Positions 1 to 11,645 of a stretch of DNA of 64,000 bases are shown in pieces. The DNA is taken from positions 3,423,538 to 3,487,537 of the forward strand of contig JBNZDD010013730.1 of the NCBI GenBank assembly GCA_050575255.1, written 5' to 3'. Position 1 is the first letter of the stretch. Every line of letters starts with the position of its first letter. The translations under genes and the position numbers were made by a program. The DNA is from Harriotta raleighana (lineage: Eukaryota). The notes beneath the pieces are model-generated. The model saw only the letters and a program-made list of their open reading frames with translations. It was not told the DNA's origin and made no database searches.

Positions 1-29
1 AGTTATTTTTTAAGTACTGAAGAAAACAG

Positions 30-298
30 TATTGGGAGAGTAAGGCGAGAAGCTGGCATGCGACAACTTGTTGAAACCTCTTGGAGAGGGAACGGAGATG
101 GAAAGTAGGGTTGAGTGAGGGTTTCTAGAGAAGGTGAGTTGAGAGATCAGTTTTGAAAGGAGAGGCGTCCTGTACCATTGAAGAGGAAGAGGTGAATGAT
201 GATGGATGGCATGGTTGAAGAAGCTGGTTTGCCCAGGAGTGGTGTGTGGATGCGGTTGAGCGAGTAGATGGTGGATTTTAAAAGAGAGATGAGTTCAA
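30..298 (-). mobile_element. Degenerate L2-clade LINE ORF2 fragment (region leading into the RT domain), intronic in ZNF644
   Basis: Minus-strand translation gives broken motifs IELISLLKSTIYSLNRIHTPLL, PFKT, LL*KPSLNP and SKRFQQVVACQL. These resemble L2 ORF2 (KSTTCxLDPIPTxLL...LLKKPSLDP...LSKxLExVV), with frameshifts and stops. Confidence 0.7.
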
Positions 299-325
299 TA
301 TTTGTAATTTCTATATTTCTATATT

Positions 326-402
326 ATATTTATATAGCGCCTTTCACGTCAGGAGGACGTCCCAAGGCGCTGTACAGTCAAGTGGGGGGAGGGGTCAGGG
401 GA
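326..402 (-). mobile_element. L2 LINE 3' tail fragment
   Basis: atttatatagcgcctttcacgtcaggaggacgtcccaaggcgct; the same tail recurs near 2280, 29375, 61790 and on + at 46670. Confidence 0.65.
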
Positions 403-624
403 AGAAAAGCAGGAAAAACTGACTATATTTGTGGGTGAAAAATGGGAATATTTAACGATATACAGTAACTGGTATCTGTTTTCGAAAGTATCTGTCATTT
501 ATGCCAAACTGTATCCTTCAATAGGGAGTTTGATAAACAGATAATTTGAAATACTCAAATAATTGACCTCAATGAATTATTTGTGTGGAGGATAAAACGT
601 ATTCCTAAAGCTCCTTTTTTCCAG

Positions 625-727
625 CTTTTGACTGCAAGCAAAAGAGGTCAAGATCACGATCAGGGACCAAAAAGAAGTCTTCCCTATTTGTTCCATCTCT
701 TGATGATGGTTACGTACTCAAATGCAG
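625..727 (+). CDS. ZNF644: ZNF644 penultimate coding exon
   Basis: Acceptor ctccttttttccag (ends 624) and donor gtaaac (728). Reads xFDCKQKRSRSRSGTKKKSSLFVPSLDDGYVLKC(R), matching from memory the ZNF644 DCKQKKSRSRSGSKKK...YILRC segment. Phase is compatible with the next exon (AG|G = Arg). Confidence 0.92.
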
Positions 728-1099
728 GTAAACAGTTTGACTTTCTTCCTCTTATGGGCTGGGTTCCTTTTACAGAGTAAAATCCGTTATATTGCATCAA
801 TATTGTCACATTAGCAGTCGACTGTTTTGAGGAGTTTGATTTTTTTACGTTTTGTTTTTTGTTTCACAATGTAAAATAAGTTGCAGTGAAATGTAAGAAT
901 AAATTAAATTTCATATTCCTTATTATCATTCACATTGAACGCTTTGTGTTTTGGGCTTTGTCAAAATAAATCTTGTTAGGTTTTATTCTCCACGGTTTTT
1001 AGTCACAGCCTTTAAAAGAATCACAGGAGTTGGTAGAAATCAAACCAAGCTTAAGTATGTGATATTCATCCGAGTAACATTTTGTTTACGGATTTACAG

Positions 1100-1292
1100 G
1101 TTCTGTGACCTGGTCTTCCGAGGTCCACTTTCTGTCCAAGAAGATTGGATCAAGCACTTGCAGCGGCATGTTGTTAATGCAAATCTTCCCCGCACTGGTG
1201 CTGGAATGGTAGAAGTCATGCCACCATCAAAAGAAAGTTTCCCAGTAACTGAATCGTCTTTCTCTCTGCTAATGGCACAGGCGGCATCATAA
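1100..1292 (+). CDS. ZNF644: ZNF644 terminal coding exon (C-terminal atypical C2H2/WIZ-type zinc finger and tail)
   Basis: Acceptor atttacag (ends 1099). Reads (R)[39 protein letters not shown]...[13 protein letters not shown], which I recognise as the ZNF644 C-terminus; TAA at 1290-1292. Confidence 0.96.
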
Positions 1293-2248
1293 AATGTTCT
1301 GAATTGTGTCGAAATAATCTGTTGTAACTTTGATGTGCTGTTTTGCCACGAGCACCTAGTAAGATGCATTCTGCCCTCTATTTCAAAGCTCTGTAGGTCA
1401 GTACAACAATATAAGCTATGTATAACCTTAAAATTAATTGAAAAGGCTTGGTTCTTTAAAAACTCAAGTAATTATGCATATATCCAGAATTGTAAGTCAG
1501 TAGATCACCAGCAGTCAATCAGCATTAAGAGTATTGTGTTTAAACTTGTCAAGAGTTTGGTCAGAGCTGTAGATACCATCAAGAACATATTTTACAATAG
1601 CTAATGCTAGAAATTAACATAAGCAGCTAGTCAGATGTTTTCCTAATTACTTCAAATACAGTCCTTTTGCTGGAGGAACCTTATGGCAGCAGGAAATTGT
1701 GTGTACAATTTCCTGACACATTTATGAACACTATTCTAACTTCCAATTTATTAAGGAAGTAACATTCTTGTTTACAAACATAACAAGTATGGGGAGCTAA
1801 TTTTAGTTACAGAAGAGGTGATTTGGCTGTATAAACCCAACAGTTGCCAATATTAATTTGTACAGGTTCTTAAACATATTCTCTTATTGCTCTTTACAAA
1901 TATTCCATTGTAATACTGTACCTATGAATTTTTTTTGAAAAAAGAACGGTATTCATTACTAAGTTTCCCATTTTCATAATTTCTGGCAAACTTGCAAACA
2001 GTTTTCTATTTCAAATACTTCTTCAACCAGGAGAGCAGAATAGCCTGGCTGTGAACCTTTCAGCAGTCAGCAACAATACTGCTCTGTGATTAGTTAGGAA
2101 GCATGATTCAATGAGGGATGCAATCTCTTTTGTGTTTTAGAAGACCGTCTTATCAGAGTAGCTGAGTTAGAATATTTGGCAACTCTGGGGACTCAACTAT
2201 GTAACCTCACTGAAAGTTGAGCACTCATCCAATGACTTAGGATAACTC

Positions 2249-2420
2249 ACAACAACAACAACAACAATAAAATTACACCCTTATAGCGCATTTCAAGTCA
2301 GGAGGACGTCCCAAAGCGCTCAACAGTCAGGTCGGGACCCAAGCAGAGTGGGGTTCAGGATAGGGGGAGGGGAAAGGAGAGGGGAAAGAGTTAGGGTGGG
2401 AGCCGAAGGCTATTCCGAAG
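2249..2420 (-). mobile_element. L2 LINE 3' end inserted antisense in the 3' UTR
   Basis: (AAC)n tail followed by ttatagcgcatttcaagtcaggaggacgtcccaaagcgct and a purine-rich L2 3' UTR segment. Confidence 0.65.
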
Positions 2421-3473
2421 ATCTGGAGAATTTAACACTGATCGTATTGTAGAACTTGACTCATCAGAGTGTTCTTTAGAAAAGCTCAAGATGTAACCAG
2501 TTTAATAATGCATTTAAACGCACGATTCAACATTGAGTTTTGACAACAAGCTGTTTACTACTGGCCTAAAAATTCCTCAGCACATTATGAATAGCAATAT
2601 TCTTTACATATTTTCTTAATTTGTTTCTGATTTTGTTTTATCATCAATTTTCATTGAAATCCAATCTGTATATGGCTACTTCATATGAAGAAATTACTAG
2701 TGATTATGGTTCTGCACAAATTAACATGACTGTAGCAAATTTTCTAGTAGCCAGCACCAGTTTTAAATATGATAGTTTGTAGATAGTTTACCAGGTTTAG
2801 TGATTACTGTACTGCTGTACATTTAACGTACTAATTGTTTTAGAATTACCATGTTCTTAGAAACAGAATTTTAACTATAAATTATGTTCCTCACAGAGGT
2901 CAATATTCATCTTCCTGAGGACAAGTCAGCAAATGTATGTACTTGTCTCTTACTAGGTATTGTGTGTACAGAAATATCAGGGTGCATTGCTATTGAGATG
3001 GATATTATTCAATTTTATATTTGTATTTTCTAAAATAGGTTTAAATAGTATTTGAGCAGTTGAGTCATTTGAAGAAATAGGTTTATAGGTACTAATTCAG
3101 TGTAGTTTTTGATTTGCTACAAATAATTTCTCCTGCCTAACTTGTTTGCATTTTTTTCCAAGCCCCTATATTTCAATTGGATAACGTGAAATTATATTTT
3201 TTCTGTACAATTTTATCTAATGGTAAATGAAAGCATGTTCTTTACATTTGAGAGGTCTAAGTACAGTTACCCTTCTGAGTTTTCTTGAAATCTCACTACT
3301 GTATCCTTTAGGCATTTAATGAAATTGGTGATACATAGTGTAAGCTCCTTAATTACACTAGTACATGATATCAAGTGCTCAGAATGATTGTGCACGCTCA
3401 TATTTGTAAGTAAACTGTGTAAACACTATGTCAAAATGTGCTATTACTACAAGTCTACTTATCTAGTGGCAGA

Positions 3474-3479
3474 AATAAA
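3474..3479 (+). terminator. Polyadenylation signal of ZNF644
   Basis: AATAAA followed ~20 nt later by GT-rich sequence (ggtgtttgaaagtcttgtgtc). Confidence 0.6.
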
Positions 3480-3888
3480 ATGTACAGTCATACATGAATG
3501 GTGTTTGAAAGTCTTGTGTCCTTATTGTCCAACAGTTACATAACCTTAAAATAACTATACAATATGTGATTATGGGCAAAATGTACCCATTAATAGGGAA
3601 TCCCTTGCTAAATTAGTTTACAATCCAACGTATGAGAGTTATACAATATTTTCACATTATGCATTACTGTCCTTTGATGATGGCTGATCTTAAAAAAAAT
3701 TACACTTTCATCTCTTATATTCTAGATCGTTATAAATGAATTATATGCTGTTGAAGTACACCAACTTTATGCTTTTATCAGACTCTTTTAAAAATTAAAA
3801 TATTGTACTGTCATCCTGATGGTTAGGATATAACACCAACATAGCTATGAATTTGTTTAATAATTTAAAAAATTCTATTAGCATAACT

Positions 3889-4246
3889 GAGATCCTGCAG
3901 TATATTGGTTAAAGCTCTCGCCTCACAAGTGAGAGAACCTGGGATTGATTCCTGGGCAGCATGAAATGTTAGCCAAGTATCCTCACACCACATCCCTCTG
4001 TTTACTTAAGTAAATAGTAACCCAGTTGTTAGTCGAATGGTGGACTGCTTTTATGGGTAAAAATCCCTTAAAAATAATTAATAATAATAATTTGATCACT
4101 CAATCCACGATTGTTTTGGGGATACTGCTGTGCGCAATTGGCTGCCGCATTTTGCCCATAATTCACTTTACAATATATTGTGTGATGTATATTGAGACAT
4201 ACCAAAGACATGATAAGGCACTATATCAAATGCAAGGATTATTATA
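3889..4246 (+). mobile_element. tRNA-derived SINE, long variant with an extra central segment
   Basis: Degenerate A/B boxes (tattggttaaagc...gggattgattcc), body gctgtgcgcaattggctgccgc, tail cactatatcaaatgcaaggattatt. Confidence 0.8.
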
Positions 4247-4576
4247 AATGGTTACTGAGTAGTATATTTTCACAAAATATTAGCATCAGAATTCAGTGAT
4301 TTGAGAGGTATTACAGAAGGAAGGCACACTGATGTTACGTCAGGACTTGATAATTTCTTTTGATACATCTCTGCTCAGAACTTTTAGCCACATTTGCACA
4401 GTTGCAACATGTGGCAAGATGGAGATAAAGTACATAGGGAAGACACTACATCATGCTCAGGTGAAAATATTAATAGTATAGAATTATATAAACCGTCTAC
4501 TGTGACTTACCTGTGATCTTGTAGGCTCTTGATTTTGCTGTTGATATTGCAAACAGACCCCAGGATTTTCATGAAA

Positions 4577-5038
4577 CAGTAAAATCCTGTTTATCCGTGA
4601 CTCGATGAACCGGAAATCCCGTTGAACCGGAACCTCAAAAAAAAAAGTCTCGATTCGATAAACCAGAAGTTTTCCGGCAGAATAGTGATGACGCATTTAA
4701 TGAATCGATTGTCACACACAAGTACTGGTGCAGGTATTTCGGCTGGCCGCTAGTAGAGTCTAAACTCGCTCCTGCTCCTTTTAAAAATCGTGGGGTTTTT
4801 TACCTCCTGGGCTGCCATTGCAAAGTTAAGTATAAATAATATAAATAAATAATAAAATACTAATACAATATTCTGTTATTATTTAGTCTATTATTAATAT
4901 GGTATGTGTTAAAAGAATTTTTAATTAAAAAATATATATTTTGTAAAAAAAAATGTTTTAAAAAACCCGTTCAACTGGAAAACCGTTTAACCGCCACTGA
5001 CCAGATCCCGTGGGGGCCGGATAAACAGGTTTTTACTG
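4577..5038. mobile_element. Tc1/mariner-pogo (Tigger-like) MITE
   Basis: TIRs CAGTAAAATCCTGTTTATCCG ... CGGATAAACAGGTTTTTACTG, TA on the right flank (AA on the left), subterminal ccgttNaaccg repeats and an AT-rich core. Confidence 0.8.
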
Positions 5039-5949
5039 TATAACTATCTAGAATGGTCCCGGACATTCAGGAAAAACTGTCAGATTTTTAAATCGCTTGC
5101 ATGAGAAATCTTTAAAAGGTCAGACCATGACTTGAGTGGTGGATAACCTAATTACTTTGATGAATGAATCCCCTAATTTTTATTTGGATTTACAATCTCC
5201 AACATGTTGAAGGAAATCCAGTTTCAACAAGTGTCACAATGATGTTGTACTGGCCAGTGTAACCTATTTGTTGGTGAGATAGCACAAAATGCATGGAGGA
5301 ACAAAATTTGTTTGGCTCCTGAAGGGCCATAGAAAAAAGACATGTTCAGCACTGTACAAAAGTGATGTACAGTCACTTTGAATGACAACTTTCTGGACTG
5401 CACATTGGAATAGTTTTGTCTGCAAAAATGGATCAAAAATCCTTTGTCAATTGTTAACTTGTCTGACAACCAGATTATTTAATGAAATGGAAGATTTAAA
5501 AAAAAAACATTTATATTTAATCAACATTTAAATCAGCGTGCAATAAATAAACACAGATAAAAACTAACTAAAATTCACTGAGGTATGTAATGATAATTAT
5601 GATCTTGTAATAAAGAAATGCTGTTTAATATTTTCTTTAATCATTTAACCGATTACATTCCCATAGATTGTAATTGTTCATGAAATTCTATCTTATTTTT
5701 ATGCATTTTTTAAAAATCGGCTTCATCATTCAAGTAACATATTTTCACCCTGATATTTTGACATATTAAGGATTAAATCGATCTAAATATCTTTCTAAAA
5801 TGTAATGTATCAATGCATGTTGTTAATAATGAACACTATTGTTTATCATTAAATTACAGCTAATTCTTTTTATATCTCAAATTCTACGATCTGCTTTCAT
5901 CTCTACAGTACCCCAGGGGTGTAGTTTGTTTTTTCACTTTGGTATAGTT

Positions 5950-6480
5950 ATTAATTCTTTTAGCTGCTTCACTCACCAGTGTAATTCTCCTATGGATTTC
6001 ATTAGGGAGTCAAAGTGCTTTTTAAACAAATACTGTTTATATATCAGCAGTCACTAACGCAATCTGCACATGACTGACTGCATTCTTGAACACACAAATA
6101 GAGAGCCAGTTTGGTAATGCATTGATTATATTAGAGGTAATTAGACAGCGGGAAAAAAAATGGTCATTTAAATTTGTATGAATCTATCTTGACAGAATTG
6201 GTGCTGTACCAGTATAACCCGGCACTGTTGAAGCATTTCATTTGATATGTCAAAATGTCATTATAGGAGGCGTTTCACTAGTAGCTGAATGACTACTGCA
6301 TTAGAACGTTCAAAGCTTGTCATTATAAAGGGGTTCATTATAACAGAGTCCATTATAATTGGCTTTAAGATTCTGTTCAGGTGGCGAGATCTCCCAGTGA
6401 ACCAGGATAAGATCAGTCATAGGATATAAATTTCACAGGAGCTTTCTTCTCGATGCATTAAGAAATAGACTCACTGCCAC
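5950..6480. promoter_or_regulatory. Candidate conserved non-coding element / enhancer
   Basis: Unique, repeat-free block rich in TAAT/ATTA and TGACA sites, including four CATTATA motifs. Conservation was not tested. Confidence 0.4.
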
Positions 6481-6999
6481 AATAATGTTTTCATGATTTT
6501 TCAACACCAGTGAGAGACCTAGGCAACATATTGATGAGGTTTAGGACTTCCAGTCCAGCTGTCTCCATAGTATAGCACATCATTACAATATTGTACAATA
6601 CAAAAAATAGATTTACATTTATATTAAAACATACAATAACATTCTATTCCATCTTGGTGATATGTAGGAAAAGTACTATTGCACTAGGAGACACATTGAG
6701 CGCTGTAATGTTGAATGTTTGAAAGCATCATGAACTTATCTGCTATAATCAAGTATTCCACCACGTATTTGGTATGTATAGAGATAATAGTATGCAAGAA
6801 AACCAGACTAGTATATTAACCTGCTTAGAATTGTTAATTGATCAGACAAAAACTATTTCAGAGTTGTTAATGCACTATTAGGTTGAACTAATAATTGATG
6901 TGTGACCAAAACAGAGAGATACCATATTACTGCTTACTTTGCAATAGGAAATTTTAAGCATTTAGCACTATAACCAGAAGTTGGAACAGAATTATTTGC

Positions 7000-7345
7000 A
7001 CATCGCAGAGCGCAGAAAAAACAGTCTGTTGGCCTAATGCTATTAAATAGAGTACCAGGAATACACAGCAATGAGTTTTCCATGTTATTTTCTGGACTAG
7101 CGATATTCAAGTCGTTTTTTTTTGTTTGACAGCTGAGAATTAAAAGATGGAAATCTTCTGCTCAATGTCACAAGGTGTTAGAATGGTCTATCGACCGACT
7201 GAAAGAAAGCTGCTTTTCAGATTTCCTCTCGCACTTATTTGAATGGCTTTTGCAAAAGAAAGAAATGGCTGAGTTTGAAATAATTTCTTGATTACATTAT
7301 GTAACTCGCTGAACATTAAGATTGTGAATGGAATGTAAAAAGACG
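7000..7345. promoter_or_regulatory. Candidate conserved non-coding element
   Basis: Unique CpG-retaining block with TGACAGCTG, TGTCA and TAAT sites. Confidence 0.3.
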
Positions 7346-7905
7346 TTCTAAACATATTCACGACACGGAGTATATATATATTTTTAACCTTTGATGGTAA
7401 CTGGAGTCACTTTTGAATATTGCCACAATCTAGTTGCAAGTTACTGGTAATGCCATGAGTAACTACCATACACTAGTGAAGGGGGTAGTAACCAGTGGTA
7501 CCTGGCTTCATGCCAGCTGTAAATTCATGATTTTTCCTGTATCTCTGAAACGTCCATTTGATTTGGATCTGAAGGGTACAATTGTTTGTTGAGCTTCAGG
7601 AAAGACTGGTACATTCTTTGGTTTCTTTCTCTGATCAAGGACAAATCAGTGTGGCGGTTCGTTGGAAGAGATCTATGCCGAGCTTTGAACCCAGCAATTA
7701 CTTTGTAACCCATTAATTTGGCATTTGAGGAGACCATGATAAAGCACCTGAACTAGGCTCGTTACATAACCAATAATGAAACAAATGTCACTAAGATCAA
7801 CTAATCACTGATGGGTGAGGTGTGAGCATTTCAAAAGACCAGCTAATTTATGGAAATCACTTATGCATCAGTATATGTGCTTTCTTGAAGTGAATTTGTG
7901 CATAG

Positions 7906-8019
7906 TAATAATAATATTCCTTACATTTGATGTAGCGCTTTTCACATCTTATCGACGTCTCAAAGCTTTTAACAGAATATACTGTAAAGTGAATTGACTG
8001 TATATTTGTGGGTGAAAAC
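7906..8019 (-). mobile_element. SINE 3' fragment (main family)
   Basis: aataata...ttacatttgatgtagcgcttttcacatc...gaatatactgtaaagtgaattgactg, the same as the other copies. Confidence 0.85.
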
Positions 8020-8569
8020 AAAATTTCATTGAATTGGTCCAATTATAGTAACATATAAATAATATGGAGCACCAAAACAACTGAGGGGGAATCCATTATA
8101 GTTTTAACTAAAGGAATGTGAACAAACATATTCAAAGTAACATAATATAATTACAAAATCTGGTCACCGGCAATAAGCTATGAATATATTATATTCGATC
8201 AGTTTGATTCTCTAAAATACAATTATCATTTTTCTGAACTACCAAAATCATAATAGGGATCATTTGATCATTTGACTCCATGTGCATATGTCATTCAAAC
8301 TGTTTTTGGAGAAGCCGGTTACCTTTCCATTGATTTCTTTAAATCAGAATATCAAGCTCTCAAGTTTGAGGACAAATTTATACCTGACATATTCTCCATA
8401 GCATGGAGAGGTCGTTTCTTGCCTCAAAGCCACAGAAATGTGCCATCAAAACATAATAAACCTTTGCTGGCGGGGAAAAAAAATGTTCCTGTATTTTCCT
8501 ATTTAAAAAAAATTAGTATATTGTGTCGAATTATTCCTTTCAGATTTTTCTCTGCCCTGATATACCTCT

Positions 8570-8897
8570 GCTCCTGCACTGACCTTTTCTTCCTGATAGG
8601 CTGTTCCACAGGCAATGTTTATCCCCTGGTACACATCCAAATGGCCATTCTTCATGTGTCATCCTTGGCAGTGAGTGCCAGCAGGCTATGTAACTGCAGA
8701 GAACATCAAAACCATCCATGCCTGACCCAACTCACTTGCATTCACTTGCACAACCAGTAGAGGGTGCAGTGGAGGGACCAGGAATTTGAACCTTAGCTGT
8801 TTTCTCTACTCCCTGATCTGCTGAGATCAATACTGACCTGATTCGAACCAGTGATTTCCTGTTCCCTAAACTGTCGGTTTATCATCAAAGTTACCCA
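8570..8897 (-). mobile_element. Ancient tRNA-derived SINE, family B
   Basis: Shares atggccattcttcatgtg...gtgagtgccagcaggcta with the copies at 30611, 35302 and 49721; B-box-like gattcgaacc at 8841. Confidence 0.5.
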
Positions 8898-9708
8898 TTC
8901 TCATATGTTCTAAGTTTTTTTTTGTTATGGGCAGAATCAACTAACTAACGTGGCTCGAAATCTACATTATTATTGGGAAATTTAGGTGATATCAGTGACA
9001 ATAATCATAGACTTGAAGATTCAGATTTCTATTTCATTCCTAGATCATAAACTATCACCCATTACTATAGTGTGACATCCCAGTGATTTTGTTCTAGCAT
9101 ATTGAGACTTCATATTATTGCTATCTATGCTTATCTCCTCAGGTGTGAATGGCTATTGGGGAACAGTCTATGGTGTCCAAATGTATCTGACACCTGGAAA
9201 GTAAGCTTTTCATCTAACAGCTAACTTTCACCTGGAATTCAATCTGGCTCAGAGTAAATATATATTAGAATTGTGTGAATCTGTGAGTTTATATGAATTA
9301 ATGTGAATTATTTGCAAATGAAATTCTATTCCTTTTGCAACTAGTATGATGGCTCAGGAAATGCACTGATCTTTGCTTTTGTGACAACAGATTAAGAATG
9401 TCGTAATCTGTTATGATCTTTGTTTCTTGAATTAAATTCTTAAATTACCTGAAATCAACTGGACCAGTGGTAGTTATTTTAATTGAATCCTTTAAACTTG
9501 GGAAGGGAAAAATCAGGATACCCTTTCAAAATTTCAAGGTAGGTTCCAACTCTGACAGTTAATAGCTTAACAACATTCACTGTCCAGACTCACACAGGAA
9601 GAGTTGTCAATTTACCCTACTAAGAATCTGCATTTTTACGAGGAGACAAAGGGAGAACATTTGTGGAAAATTATGCTTTTTTGGCTTTCATTTTGGCAGG
9701 AAGGAATA

Positions 9709-10655
9709 GTGAACTCATTGTGTCTTAATGGCATTTGGATGGGATAATTCTTAAGCTCCATGTGATATTTTTACTGAAAATTGTATCTGTCTCACTTATG
9801 TCAGGAAATCACTGTGCTGATGGTTTATCTGCCAGCTCACATTTCCTCCACTGAAAGGAAGTATTACTTGGTTGATGTCCAGAGAGCTTTAGCTTTATGT
9901 AAACATAACCAAATGCTTATACTGATCTGGGAAATTATGTTTCCTGTTGGAACTATCTGAGTAAAATCCATCAGTAAAGAGCAGTAATTGATTGGATAGT
10001 AGAATTTATTCACAAACCAGTCCTTATCAGTGCAGAGGCTCGGGGAGATGTCTGGAGTCCATAGACCTTAGTTGACAACCAGTGAATGTCATGTCATGGT
10101 CCAAGATTAGGAACTTTACATTTTGAAGCCACCTGGAACACTTCACATATTTTCATAAATTTATTTGTGTCAGCTCATATTTTCAAATGACAAAAATGTA
10201 CTTATGTGCTCTTTTCCGGCTCTGCCACCAATTTCTAAACTATGGTATAATTCTATTTGTATGTGGAGGTTTTAAGAAAGTTATAGATTCTTTCTTATTT
10301 CTTCCACATTTTAGCCAGGTGGCTATTCACCATGAGTGATTTTAGGTAGTGAACAGTGGACTATGTATGTCTTTATGAGAACATCACAGTTAAGGTGCAT
10401 TGTGTCCTTGTATCCATTCCATCAGTGTCACTTATTGGCAATCAAGAGTGCGATTCTTGTCTGATTGTCACTTCACCAGCCTAGGAATCCATTTGTGAAC
10501 TCAGTATGTCTTGATGGCATTTAGATAGGCGAATCCTCAAGCTCCCCTGTGATATTTTTACTCAAAATTGTACCTGAGTTTAATTTATGTTAGGAAACCA
10601 TGTACAGAGTATTTGCTAGCTTGCATTTCCTGCATTTAAATGGAGCATTATTTGG
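9709..10655. repeat. Diverged ~160-bp direct repeat pair (9709-9871 and 10495-10655)
   Basis: Both copies read gtgaactca..tgtctt.atggcattt.gat.gg...aagctcc..tgtgatatttttact.aaaattgta....ttatgt.aggaaa...catttcct.ca.t.aa.gg.g.atta.ttgg. Confidence 0.8.
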
Positions 10656-10689
10656 GGAAACTAATCTATTGGAAATAAAGCCAAGCTTT

Positions 10690-10800
10690 GCACCTCTAAT
10701 GCCACCCAGATTGGATCCGGTGACAACTGGGGTTTGAACCTGGAACTATCTTAATTTATTTGAACACTGGACAGTAACTTTACCAACTGAGCTACTGGGA
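10690..10800 (-). mobile_element. Ancient SINE family B, head fragment
   Basis: ggggtttgaacctgg (reverse B box) and ccaactgagcta (reverse A box), similar to 30900-30985. Confidence 0.45.
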
Positions 10801-11439
10801 TGGCAGTGGCAATGTAGTGACTATCTTTTACAGGTACACTTAGATGCCTTCTTCTCCTGAATGCTGCTTGCTCTTCCACGACAATTGGATATTGTGAAAC
10901 AAATTGGAGGAATCCAATACGGTGGCGAGTTTTTACAGGGCAACAATTTTCATCACCTTTACCAAAGGCTATTTTCCACATCTCACATTGTTTTTGCAAA
11001 TGACAGATTGAGTCAAAAGCTTATGGACAACAGGTTCAAGCAAACTCCCCAGAACAAAACTTCTACATCCAAAGCTAGGGTTTCCTTTTCAGAGAACGCA
11101 TTTTGCATGCAGATGAATGGAATACCGGAGTCTTCCAAAAAGTGTCCTCATCCTTAGAATAGTCTGTCCTTGATACAGGTATGTATGGAGATTTAGTTGT
11201 ATCAGGTAAGTTGAGTGTAGAATTCATCTAATATAATTTATTATGACATTGTGTATATAGTATATATTCATCTCGAAAATAGTTTGTGCAGCTTTTGCGA
11301 TAATTAATAGTTCATCAAATGCTAGAAGTTGGAACTGGCTGATTGGAATTCAGCGGTTTGATTTCAGGATGCTTCCGGCTCTGTTTTGTTGTTGGTAGGT
11401 TTTTTCTACTTGTTAATTTGAACAGACCAGATATTTGCT

Positions 11440-11645
11440 TTCCACTTTGGTAATGCTTATGGCAGTGAAACTCACCTTGTGAGCACGTCAGTCAGGAGGA
11501 CATGTCATGATTCAGGCCACTTTTATCCTTTTGTTATTAGCAGCTGACAGTGATCAAAAAATCACCCTCATTAATGAGGCCACATCACAAACATAAGAAA
11601 AATAGGGCATTCACACTGTTGACTGCCAGTAATAATTCTACGGTT
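11440..11645. promoter_or_regulatory. Candidate conserved non-coding element
   Basis: CAGCTGACAG (E-box/TALE) and the 14-bp palindrome CCTCATTAATGAGG (11566-11579) in unique sequence. Confidence 0.4.

Larger units (their letters stand above)
1293..3500 (+). other. ZNF644: Probable ZNF644 3' UTR
   Basis: AT-rich sequence between the stop codon and AATAAA at 3474. Contains miRNA seed matches such as TGTTTACA (miR-30, 1769-1776) and ATACTGTA (miR-144, 1913-1920). The end position is inferred. Confidence 0.6.

Noticed and set aside
583-780. 65-aa ORF from the ORF track
   Set aside because: Wrong frame; the real exon 625-727 reads in another frame that matches ZNF644.
1094-1369. 91-aa minus-strand ORF
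   Set aside because: Antisense shadow of the ZNF644 terminal exon.
7525-7737. 70-aa minus-strand ORF with nearby splice-like sites
   Set aside because: No recognisable homology; the other frames are closed and there are no partner exons.
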